DNA of 63,997 bases, the filler included, from Acidimicrobiia bacterium (lineage in GTDB: Bacteria; Actinomycetota; Acidimicrobiia; Spongiisociales; SHLN01): NCBI GenBank assembly GCA_041619515.1. It is 3 parts of 3 records of this genome, joined end to end, with 100 filler letters (N's around TTAATTAATTAA, not from the genome) between each part and the next. Parts side by side here need not be neighbours in the genome. Positions count along the whole stretch, not along the records: positions 1 to 23,291 come from JBFKDW010000045.1; 2 more parts are not named here. One strand, given 5' to 3'. Of this stretch, positions 9,637 through 18,249 are shown one piece after another. Under the pieces are notes generated by a model. That model did no database searches. It was not told the origin of the DNA and saw nothing but the letters and a program-made list of their open reading frames with translations. Made by a program: the position numbers and the translations under genes. Every line of letters starts with the position of its first letter. The stretch's first letter is position 1.

Positions 9637-11010
9637 TCAGCCGTCGAAGGCCGATGCGGTCTCGGAGCAGATGTTCGCTTCGAAATCGGCGACATCACGA
9701 CTGCCCGTGACCACGGCCTGGATTTCGCTGTCCATGGCCGTCACGAACTCCGGCCAGCTTCCGGCCCACAGGGGGCCTTCCGTGGACGGGTCCTTCGTCA
9801 GGCCGTCCAGGAATGCCTGGTTGTTCGCCGGCGGGGTGAACGTGAGGAACGCGTCGAGGGCGTCCTGGCTCACCCGGCTGGGAATGTTGGCCCCGAGCGC
9901 CGAGATCTGCGCCTGGACGTCTGCCTGGGTGAGAGCTTGCACCAGCTCCCAGGCTGCCTCCGGGTTCTCCGTGTTGGCGTTCACCACGTACGCACCCCAG
10001 AACAGCCAGTTGCCGGGACCCGCCGGGCCGCTCGGCAGACCGACCACGTCCCAGTTGAAATCCACCGTCCGAATGCCGGGCGTGGCCCAGCGACCGTTTT
10101 GGAACATGCCAACGGTTCCGGCACGGAAGGGAGGTTCGGGGTCTTCGCCGTAGGGAATGACCGAACTGCCGCTGTACAGGTCGCGCAGCGCCGTGAGGCC
10201 GGCGATCGATTCGGCACTGTCGAGGGCACAGGCGGTGCGATCGGCAGTGAAGAACCCGCCTCCGGCGGCGTTCATCCATGCACCGTATGGGCCCCACCAG
10301 GCGCTCTGGCCGTATCCTCTGACCTCTCCGCCCAGGGCGGCGACATCATCGACGACCTGGTTGAAGGCCTCCCAATCCCATTCCCCACTTGCCTCCAGCT
10401 CGAGCGGATTTGCCGCACCGGCTTCGGTGATGAGGTCGAGATTGACATAGAGCGCAAAGGTCGAGACGTCACGCGGAAGGCCCCACAGCGCGTTTCCGGG
10501 CTGGCCGGAGGCGATCTCTGTCGTGAGCTGGGCCATCGGGCCCGGGTAGAAATCGGCGTCGCTGTGCCCGGTGGCATCGGCGTACTGGCGCAGGTCGAGA
10601 ATCACACCTCGTTTGGCGAAGTCCGCCACATCCGTTCCCGGAATCCAGAACACGTCTGGTGCGGTGCCCGCCGAGAGGTTGGTGAGCAGGGTCTGCTGGT
10701 ACCCGGCGCCCTCGTTCGAGCCCGGCTCGTAGGCGAGGGTGATCCCCTCGAGCGACGAGCTCAGTTGATCGGAGATCTGACCGTAGACGGCCGCCTCCTC
10801 CGGGTTGTCCGGGCGGGTCATCCACCGGAGGGCAACGTCGGCCATTGGCTCGCCGTCGCCGCTGGTGGTGGTTGTCGCTGGGGCAGCAGTGGTCGTCGTT
10901 GCGCCACTCCCGCCATCTGTTGTCGTGTCCGTGCTGTCGTCGCCGCCGCATGCTGCGGCGACCATCGCCAGCACCAGCAAAAGCGCCACGGGGCGCCATC
11001 GTTTGCGCAT
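9637..11010 (-). CDS. Sugar ABC transporter substrate-binding lipoprotein
   Basis: Lipobox VAAAC, Thr-rich linker, GTAPDVF, LYVNLDL and FRAGTVGM. SD GAGGAGG. Confidence 0.9.
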   Translation of the reverse strand: MRKRWRPVALLLVLAMVAAACGGDDSTDTTTDGGSGATTTTAAPATTTTSGDGEPMADVALRWMTRPDNPEEAAVYGQISDQLSSSLEGITLAYEPGSNEGAGYQQTLLTNLSAGTAPDVFWIPGTDVADFAKRGVILDLRQYADATGHSDADFYPGPMAQLTTEIASGQPGNALWGLPRDVSTFALYVNLDLITEAGAANPLELEASGEWDWEAFNQVVDDVAALGGEVRGYGQSAWWGPYGAWMNAAGGGFFTADRTACALDSAESIAGLTALRDLYSGSSVIPYGEDPEPPFRAGTVGMFQNGRWATPGIRTVDFNWDVVGLPSGPAGPGNWLFWGAYVVNANTENPEAAWELVQALTQADVQAQISALGANIPSRVSQDALDAFLTFTPPANNQAFLDGLTKDPSTEGPLWAGSWPEFVTAMDSEIQAVVTGSRDVADFEANICSETASAFDG

Positions 11011-11058
11011 GTCTCTGTCTCCTCCTCGTTGGTTGCTTACGTGTGCGGTGGTGGCCAT

Positions 11059-11841
11059 TTAGACCACGTGAACTTCGAGGCCTGCTTGGCGCAGGCTGGT
11101 GACGGACCCGGCCTCGGCCGAAGTGTCGGTGATGAGGATGGTCACCTCGTCGATGGAGCACAGCGGGGCCAGCGAGGTCACGCCAACCTTTTCTCCCGTC
11201 GCCACCACGATGCGTCGCCTGGAGGCTTTGACCATCCGGCGTTTGATGGCAGCCTCCGGCAGGTTGATGTTGGTCACCCCGGCATCGAGATCGATGCCGT
11301 TGCATCCGAGAAACACCGTGTCGGCATGGATGTCCTCGAGCAGGCTGCCCACCAGGGGATCGACCAGCGAATGCTGGAGGGGTCGCAGCGTGCCACCGGT
11401 GAGCACGACGGTGAAGCGGGGAATGGCCGGCTCCAACTCGAGGGCGACTTTGAGGCCGTTGGTGAAGCAGGTGATGTCGGTCAGATCTGAGCGGGCAACC
11501 AGGGCTCGAGCGACCGCGGCGGTCGTGGAACCCACATCGAGGACGACGGTCTCACCGGGCGCCACGAGGAGTGCTGCGGCTTCCCCGATCCGTTGTTTCT
11601 CATCGGCCTGGGCGCCGAGCGATTGCTCGAAGGGCCGCTCCGGCCGGGGTGAGGTGGCAACCGCGCCGCCGTGGACCCGCCGCAGCAGCCCGGCTGCTTG
11701 CATGGCGTCGAGATCGCTGCGGACCGTGACCTCGGAGATGCCGAACATGTCCGATAGGTCCGCGACCCTGACGAACTCCCGTCCTTCGAGGGCGGCGAGC
11801 ATCCGCGTGCGACGTACTTCCGGTGGTGCGTGTCCGCTCAG
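11059..11841 (-). CDS. DeoR/GlpR (AgaR-like) transcriptional regulator
   Basis: HTH ISEVTVRSDL, RVHGGA, LDVGST and FLGCNGI. Start is ATG 11802 or a possible CTG at 11841. Confidence 0.9.
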   Translation of the reverse strand: MSGHAPPEVRRTRMLAALEGREFVRVADLSDMFGISEVTVRSDLDAMQAAGLLRRVHGGAVATSPRPERPFEQSLGAQADEKQRIGEAAALLVAPGETVVLDVGSTTAAVARALVARSDLTDITCFTNGLKVALELEPAIPRFTVVLTGGTLRPLQHSLVDPLVGSLLEDIHADTVFLGCNGIDLDAGVTNINLPEAAIKRRMVKASRRRIVVATGEKVGVTSLAPLCSIDEVTILITDTSAEAGSVTSLRQAGLEVHVV

Positions 11842-11862
11842 GGCCCTCTCCCGCTCAGCCGT

Positions 11863-11912
11863 AATTTACGACTTCTTGCGAATTCTTGTCAAATTGCTTG
11901 TGAACTCTTTCG
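11863..11912 (-). promoter_or_regulatory. Sigma70-type promoter overlapped by phased direct repeats (putative DeoR operator)
   Basis: TTGACA (11892-11887), 18 nt, TAAATT (11868-11863). CTTGC/CTTGT/CTTGT/CTTTC repeats about 10-12 bp apart. Confidence 0.7.
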
Positions 11913-11985
11913 AATCCGCAAGGATGACAGGAGCAGCAGGCGGTGCGAACTCGTGATCGCCGACTCGTGGTATCCGGCCGGATGC

Positions 11986-12498
11986 CTAGCCGGTGCCGTC
12001 CCCGTCGTCGGGGGCCGGGTCGGTCCCCGGAGGGCCTCCCGTGGGTGCGCCGGCCACATCCTGGTCGACCGGGGCCGTCGTGGCCCGAAGCGGGGCAACA
12101 CCGGAAGAACCGGGAACCGAGACCACCGGCGCCAGACCGGAATCGGAGTCGAACCCCGACTGGCTGAGCTCGTCTGCCGGCAGCGGGGCGGGCGCCGGGA
12201 TCGGGTTGGGACCGAGGGCCGGGTCGGTGCCCCCTCGACCGTTGTCGACCGCACCGACCGGGGTGGCACCGGCCGAAGCGGCCGAGGCAGGCGCGGGGCG
12301 GGCCGAGCTGGCGCGGCCGTCGACCGTCGGCGCCTCTGCCGACGACGCGCCGGATGAAGAAACCGCCGGGCCCGGGACCGAGGTTCCGTCCCTGCCGTTG
12401 CCACTTACTGCGTCGGCCAGACCCCCCGGGACGGCGAGGACCATCATGAGCCCCAGCGCCGCCGCCAGAATCACGGACCGTCGAATGATGCCGGTCAT
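11986..12498 (-). CDS. Hypothetical secreted low-complexity (S/A/P/G/D-rich) protein
   Basis: Signal-peptide-like RRSVILAAALGLMMVLAVPGGLA followed by a probably disordered region. Start uncertain. Confidence 0.5.
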   Translation of the reverse strand: MTGIIRRSVILAAALGLMMVLAVPGGLADAVSGNGRDGTSVPGPAVSSSGASSAEAPTVDGRASSARPAPASAASAGATPVGAVDNGRGGTDPALGPNPIPAPAPLPADELSQSGFDSDSGLAPVVSVPGSSGVAPLRATTAPVDQDVAGAPTGGPPGTDPAPDDGDGTG

Positions 12499-12793
12499 GC
12501 GATCACCCAGCGAACGAGGCATATTCCGTCCCTCCATCCGTCACACATCCAAAATGATGCACGTTTACCTCCGCTGACCGCCTCAACCTTACCCGATCGG
12601 CGTCGCCCGATGTCGGACAGCGATATCGAGCCGTGTCTTCGGCGCCTCTACGCAGAGTGACTCTGGAGCTCTGCGATGTTGACTCTCCGCGCGTACCAGC
12701 CGGTGGGTCTGCCTCGTCGGTTTGCCACGCAGCGCGTTCACGTCGGGGTGGTGGTCCCGCTGGGCGGCGGTGGGGTGGCCCGATGATCGAGCG

Positions 12794-14269
12794 TCAGCCT
12801 CGTTGTTTGCGTGGCCGAGCCAGCTTCACCTTCAGGTCCCGGCCACCCATCTTCGAGCCATTCAGCCGCTTGACCGCCGTGTCGGCGGCGGGGCGGGCCA
12901 TCTCGACGAACCCGAACCCCCGCGAGCGTCCGGTACGCCGGTCTCTGATGATCGTTGCCTCCTGCACGTGCCCGTATCGTCCGAACAACGCATGGACGTC
13001 CTCGTCGGTTGCCGACCATGGAAGGTTGGTCACGTAGACGCTCTGACCACCGCCGGCGCCGGATTGTGTCCTGGTCGTGTCGGGCCGCCGGTGGGCGGTG
13101 ACCCGACGGGCCGGTGCCCCGTCGTCGGAGGGCCGGGACGAACCTCCACCACGCGCAATCGGCCGGGGCGGCTCGATGGGTGTCTGCAGACTCAGCGCGC
13201 GCTGGATGCGGCGGACGGCTCCCCGCTGGGCACCGGTGACCAGGCTCACGACGGTTCCGGGTGCTCCTGCCCGGGCCGTGCGTCCCGAGCGATGCAGGTA
13301 GTCCTTGTGATCGGCCGGCGGGTCGAAATGGATGACGGAGGCAACCGCGTCGATGTGAATGCCGCGGGCGGCGACGTCGGTGGCGACGAGCGCCTGGGCG
13401 CGGCCGGCGGAGAACTCCTTGAGCGCCCGGTTGCGCTGGCCCTGATTCCTACCGCCGTGCATGGCCACCGCATTGATCCCGAGCTTGCCGAGCTGGCGGG
13501 AGAGCCGGTCGGCGCCGTGGCGGGTGCGGGTGAAGACGATGGTGCGGCCCGCCTCGCCGATCAGGTCGGCGGCGTGGCGCACCCGGTCGTGATGCTCGAC
13601 CAGCCAGAAGTGATGGCGGGCATCGATCGATTCCGGCTCGACGGTGCCCGTCTCGTGGCGGCGGGGGTTCGATTGGTAGTCGCGGCTCAGGACGGCGACG
13701 TCCCCGTCGAGGGTGGCGGAGAAGAGGAGCGTTTGCGGTTGCCGGGCCGTGCAGTCGAGGATGCGGCGCACGGCCGGCAGAAATCCCATGTCGGCCATCC
13801 GGTCGGCTTCGTCGACGACGACGATGTCGACATGGCCAAGGTCGACGGACTTCTGCAGCATGAGATCTTCCAGCCGTCCGGGAGTGGCGACCAGCACGTC
13901 GATGCCCTTGCCGAGGGCGTTCTTCTGGGCGCCGTACCCAACCCCGCCGTAGACGGCGAGCACCCGCCGGTCGACGGCTGCGGCCAATGGGGCCAGCTCT
14001 TTCTTGATTTGCTCGGCCAGTTCTCGCGTAGGAGCGAGGACCAGGGCTCGGGGCCGCCGGGGGGTGGCCTGCTCGACCCTGGCCAGCAGCGGAAGGCCGA
14101 AGGCGAGGGTCTTGCCGGATCCGGTGGGCGCTTTGCCTGCTACGTCGCTGCCGGCGAGCGCATCTGGGATGGCGGCAGCCTGGACGGGGAAGGGCTCGGT
14201 GATGCCCTGTTTGGCGAGTGCCCGCACGAGGGCGTCCGGCAGCCCGACTTGGTCGAATGTGGTGGTCAT
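12794..14269 (-). CDS. DEAD-box RNA helicase with C-terminal RRM (RNP-1) domain
   Basis: Q motif, APTGSGKT, PTRELA, DEAD, SAT, ARGIH and HRSGRTAR. C-terminal VYVTNL (RNP2) and RGFGFVEM (RNP1). SD AGGAG. Confidence 0.93.
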   Translation of the reverse strand: MTTTFDQVGLPDALVRALAKQGITEPFPVQAAAIPDALAGSDVAGKAPTGSGKTLAFGLPLLARVEQATPRRPRALVLAPTRELAEQIKKELAPLAAAVDRRVLAVYGGVGYGAQKNALGKGIDVLVATPGRLEDLMLQKSVDLGHVDIVVVDEADRMADMGFLPAVRRILDCTARQPQTLLFSATLDGDVAVLSRDYQSNPRRHETGTVEPESIDARHHFWLVEHHDRVRHAADLIGEAGRTIVFTRTRHGADRLSRQLGKLGINAVAMHGGRNQGQRNRALKEFSAGRAQALVATDVAARGIHIDAVASVIHFDPPADHKDYLHRSGRTARAGAPGTVVSLVTGAQRGAVRRIQRALSLQTPIEPPRPIARGGGSSRPSDDGAPARRVTAHRRPDTTRTQSGAGGGQSVYVTNLPWSATDEDVHALFGRYGHVQEATIIRDRRTGRSRGFGFVEMARPAADTAVKRLNGSKMGGRDLKVKLARPRKQRG

Positions 14270-14293
14270 TGATGCTCCTGGTCCCGGCGGGAC

Positions 14294-14449
14294 GTTGGTG
14301 GATGTGCCTGTCTCGCTCGGTGGCGTGCGGTTCCGCCGCCAGATCGAGCGTCGGTCGAAGAGGCAGTCCAACCGGGTGAGAAGCTGAGCCGTGATCATCG
14401 GGGAAGCGACAGTGCGCTGGCCTCCACCCGATGCGGGGACGCAACGGTA
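14294..14449 (-). promoter_or_regulatory. Putative structured 5' leader of the helicase mRNA
   Basis: TACCGT -10-like box at 14449-14444, a hairpin at 14433-14396 and a long imperfect hairpin at 14372-14294. Confidence 0.4.
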
Positions 14450-14540
14450 GCACGAATCCGCGGCAAGGGACCCAATCGTCCGGAGCATCCGGACCGGCTC
14501 GTCGCAGCGTAGAGAGGGCAGCTGAGGATTGGTGCAGGGC

Positions 14541-14870
14541 ATGGAGCTCCGGATAGCTAGAGCGATGGGGATAGCCGTGATGGCGGTGATGGTCATATTC
14601 ATCGGCTACGGATTGGTTTCGGGAGGCTTCGTCGACGGCCTCGAGCTGGTGCTGGGCGACCCGTGGGGACGGGTCACGTTTGCCGATCTGGCCTCCGGCC
14701 TGGTGCTGGTCGGCGCCTGGATCGGGTGGCGAGAGGGCTCTGTCCTCCGGGCGGCGCCGTGGTGGCTGGCTCTGCTCGCAACCGGCAACCTGGCGCTCGG
14801 GATCTACGTGGTGTGGGCGGCCGGCTCGTCGCGCACCGTCCCCGAGCTGTTGGTCGGCTCACGGGTCTGA
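14541..14870 (+). CDS. Small membrane protein, DUF1475-like
   Basis: Three hydrophobic segments with a PW..TF.DL..G / W...RE / GN pattern. Confidence 0.6.
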   Translation: MELRIARAMGIAVMAVMVIFIGYGLVSGGFVDGLELVLGDPWGRVTFADLASGLVLVGAWIGWREGSVLRAAPWWLALLATGNLALGIYVVWAAGSSRTVPELLVGSRV

Positions 14871-14878
14871 CGCTCCGG

Positions 14879-16216
14879 TCACAGCCTGCTGCTCCAGATG
14901 ACTTGGTTCACGTCGTTCTCCAGCCGCTCCTGGCCGCCCGACACCGGGCGGGGATCCACCTCTCCGGAAGCGACTCTCGCTTCAAGCGACACGAGCGACT
15001 CGGTGCCCGCCAGGATCCCCGAGCCAAGCTCGCCCGACCAGCCTGCATACCGCTGAGCCCGAGCCCGGGTCAAGGTCTCCCGTTCGATCATGTCGGCCGC
15101 CACCAGCAGAGACCGGGCCAGCGTGTCGATGCCGCCGATGTGGCCGTGGAACAGGTCCATCCGGTCCATCGACTGGCGCCGGAGCTTGGTGTCGAAGTTG
15201 AATCCGCCGCTCCCGAGACCGCCGCTCCGAAGGATCTCATGCACCGCGAGTGAGAGCTCCTCGACCGAGTTGGGGAACTGGTCGGTGTCCCAGCCATTCT
15301 GGTAGTCACCCCGGTTGGCGTCGATGCTGCCGAGGATCCCGTTGTCGACCGCGTACGCCACTTCGTGGTGGAACGAGTGCCCGGCGAGGGTGGCGTGGTT
15401 GACCTCCAGGTTGACCCGGTATTCGTCGAGGAGGCCGAACCGCTCCAGGAAGCCGTGGACTGATTGGGAGTCGTAGTCGTACTGATGCTTGGTGGGCTCC
15501 TGTGGCTTGGGCTCGATGAGAAGCGTCCCGGTGAAGCCGATCTTGTGCTTGTGCTCGGCAACCAGCGTGAGGAACCGGGCCAGTTGCTCGGCTTCCTGCT
15601 TCAAGTCGGTGTTGAGCAGTGTCTCGTACCCTTCGCGTCCGCCCCAGAGGACATAGTTGGCCCCTTCCAGGCGATGGGTGGCCTCGAGCGCGTGCTTGAC
15701 CTGGGCGGCGGCATATGCGAACACCTCCGGGTCGGGGTTGGTCCCGGCTCCGGCGGCATAGCGGGGATGGGAGAACAGGTTGGCCGTGCCCCACAGCAAC
15801 CCGATCCCGGTGGCGGCCATCTTCTCCCCGGCGTAGTCGACCATGGCGTCGAGGTTGGCGGCCGACTCCGCAAACGTGTCTCCCTCGGGGGAGATGTCGA
15901 CATCGTGAAAGCAGAAGAAGGGAACCCCCAGCTTGGCGACGAACTCGAACGCCGCGTCCATCTTGTCGCGTGCTGCCGCCAGGGGATCACCGGTCGGTTG
16001 CAGCCAGGGGCGGTCGAAGGTGCCGGTGCCGAACACATCCGAGCCGGGCCAGTTGAAGGAGTGCCAGTAGCACACGGCGATCCGGAGGTGGTCTTCCATC
16101 CGGGTGCCGAGCACCATGCGGTCCTTGTCGTACACCTTGTAAGACAGCGGGTCTTCGGAGTCGACCCCTCCAAACCCGACGGTGCCTTCCAGCCCGGTGA
16201 AAAAGTCCTGTGCCAT
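14879..16216 (-). CDS. xylA: Xylose isomerase (class II)
   Basis: [34 protein letters not shown] and GWDTDQF. Confidence 0.97.
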   Translation of the reverse strand: MAQDFFTGLEGTVGFGGVDSEDPLSYKVYDKDRMVLGTRMEDHLRIAVCYWHSFNWPGSDVFGTGTFDRPWLQPTGDPLAAARDKMDAAFEFVAKLGVPFFCFHDVDISPEGDTFAESAANLDAMVDYAGEKMAATGIGLLWGTANLFSHPRYAAGAGTNPDPEVFAYAAAQVKHALEATHRLEGANYVLWGGREGYETLLNTDLKQEAEQLARFLTLVAEHKHKIGFTGTLLIEPKPQEPTKHQYDYDSQSVHGFLERFGLLDEYRVNLEVNHATLAGHSFHHEVAYAVDNGILGSIDANRGDYQNGWDTDQFPNSVEELSLAVHEILRSGGLGSGGFNFDTKLRRQSMDRMDLFHGHIGGIDTLARSLLVAADMIERETLTRARAQRYAGWSGELGSGILAGTESLVSLEARVASGEVDPRPVSGGQERLENDVNQVIWSSRL

Positions 16217-16276
16217 CCCGCCCTCCTGATTTCTGCCGGTCCCACGGAGTGTACGAGGCGGCGTCGGCAGCAGGAA

Positions 16277-17065
16277 TCAGACTCGCCGCCGGTAGCGGGC
16301 CACCGTGAGGGGGCTGAACAGTGCCGTGATTGCGATCAGCCAGGCGATCGACTTGGCCACCGGGGTGGCAACCGGCCCGCCGAGCATCAGGCCCCTGGTG
16401 GCGTCGATGAACGCGGTGATCGGGTTGACGTTGGCGATGGCTTCGAGCCAGCCCGGCATCGTCTCGGTCGGCACGAAGGCCGAGCTCAGAAAGGTGAGGG
16501 GGAGGATGATGAGGAAGCCCCACGTGTTCACCGACTCGGGGCTCTTGGCCATCACCCCGATGAAGGCCATCGGCCAGCACATCGTCACGCCGAAGGCGGT
16601 GACCAGCACGATGGCCCCCACGGCACCGGCGATCCCGCCTCCGAAGCGGAACCCGAGCAAGATGCCGAAGCCCGACATGATGAGTGCGCTCCACACGATG
16701 CGGACCGCATCGGCGGCGATCCGGCCGCCCACTACCGCAGTGCGGGCGATGGGGAGCGAGCGGAAGCGGTCGATGAGGCCCTTGGAGAAGTCGGAGTTGA
16801 GCCCGAGGGCGGTGGTGAAGGGCGTGAAGGCGATTCCCTGCACGATGATCCCGGGCAGGGCGAACTGAAGGTACTCGCGGCTGGAGCCGGCGATGGCGCC
16901 GCCGAATACGTAGACGAAGAGCACCAGGAACATGAGCGGCTGAATCGTCATCTCCACCAGCTGCTCCGGGTTGGCCTTGATATGGAGGAGATTGCGGCGG
17001 GCGATGGTCATGGTGTTTGTCGCCACGTTGGGGTGGCGCGGGGGCGTGTGAGACTCGGCCGTCAT
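16277..17065 (-). CDS. ABC-2 exporter permease (DrrB-like)
   Basis: IQPLMF, GLIDRFRSLP, FLSSAFVP and NPIT. Confidence 0.9.
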   Translation of the reverse strand: MTAESHTPPRHPNVATNTMTIARRNLLHIKANPEQLVEMTIQPLMFLVLFVYVFGGAIAGSSREYLQFALPGIIVQGIAFTPFTTALGLNSDFSKGLIDRFRSLPIARTAVVGGRIAADAVRIVWSALIMSGFGILLGFRFGGGIAGAVGAIVLVTAFGVTMCWPMAFIGVMAKSPESVNTWGFLIILPLTFLSSAFVPTETMPGWLEAIANVNPITAFIDATRGLMLGGPVATPVAKSIAWLIAITALFSPLTVARYRRRV

Positions 17066-18042
17066 GTGTTGCTCCTCTCGGGCTGGGAAGTGGTGGCGGT
17101 TTCCTCTCCGGTGGTGTGACCGGTCACGGCCAGGAACACCTCGTCGAGGCTGGGCCTGCGCAGCGACAGATCGTCGACGGCGATGCCGGCTTCGTCGAGC
17201 CTGCGAACCACCCGCCCCATGGCGGAGCGGTCGGAGATCGTTACGGCCACCACCTCCCCGTCGATGTGGGTCTCGTCGCCCTCGGCGGCGAATTCGGCCA
17301 GAACCCCGGCGGTGCGGGGAATGTCGGCCGGATCGACGGGCCGAGCTTCTATGACCTGCCCGCCGACTCTCCTCTTCAACTCGCGGGGGGTCCCGGCGGC
17401 GATCACCCGACCGTGATCGATGACGACTATCTCGTCCGCCAGCCGATCGGCTTCCTCCAGGTATTGCGTGGTCAACAAGACGGTGGTGCCGTCCGACACC
17501 AGGCGACGGATCAGCCCCCACAGGTCGAGGCGGCTCTTGGGATCGAGCCCGGTAGTCGGCTCGTCCAGGTACAGGAAGGGCGGCCTGGCTACCAGGCTGG
17601 CCGCCAGGTCGAGCCGGCGCCGCATTCCTCCCGAGTAGCCCTTCACCAGCTTCTCTGCAGCATCGGTCAGGTCGAACGAGGCCAGCAGCTCGCGTGATCG
17701 TGACCTGGCGTCCGACACCGACATGCCGAGCAGCCGGCCGATCATGTAGAGGTTCTCGTGGCCGGAGATCAGCTCGTCGACGGCGGCGTATTGCCCCGTC
17801 AGCCCGATGCGCCTGCGCACTTCGCTCGCCTCGGTGGTGACATCGAACCCTCCGACCCGCGCCCACCCGGCATCGGGCTTCAGGAGTGTGGAGAGGATGC
17901 GAATCGCCGTAGTCTTGCCGGCGCCGTTGGGCCCGAGCAGCCCGAACACGATGCCCTCCCGCACCGCCAGGTCGATCCCGTCGAGGGCTCGCACATCTCC
18001 GAATGTTCGCACCAGCCCTTCGGCCTCAATCGCAGTGTTCAC
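17062..18042 (-). CDS. ABC exporter ATP-binding protein (DrrA-like)
   Basis: GPNGAGKTT, YSGGMRRRLD, LDEPTTGLDP and TTQYLEEAD. Confidence 0.93.
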   Translation of the reverse strand: MNTAIEAEGLVRTFGDVRALDGIDLAVREGIVFGLLGPNGAGKTTAIRILSTLLKPDAGWARVGGFDVTTEASEVRRRIGLTGQYAAVDELISGHENLYMIGRLLGMSVSDARSRSRELLASFDLTDAAEKLVKGYSGGMRRRLDLAASLVARPPFLYLDEPTTGLDPKSRLDLWGLIRRLVSDGTTVLLTTQYLEEADRLADEIVVIDHGRVIAAGTPRELKRRVGGQVIEARPVDPADIPRTAGVLAEFAAEGDETHIDGEVVAVTISDRSAMGRVVRRLDEAGIAVDDLSLRRPSLDEVFLAVTGHTTGEETATTSQPERSNT

Positions 18043-18249
18043 GACGCCGTCCTTCCGTTCCTGTGATGAATGTCGTGTGCGACGCCCCGTCACGCATGGA
18101 TGGAGGCTACGCGGCCACTCGCCGAAGGCAAGGGGAGGGGACCGGGCACCCCGCCGGGCCGGCGCTGGTGAGCACCCGGACCGGTCAATCGTCTACTCGT
18201 TGCGCGCTTTACGACCCGCGACCGCCGGGGCGTGGCACGGCTGCCGTGC

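Noticed and set aside
12600..12790. GGCAAACC on the minus strand as a possible c-di-GMP-I riboswitch
   Set aside because: The GAAA tetraloop, the GCAAAG junction and the P2 receptor are not found.
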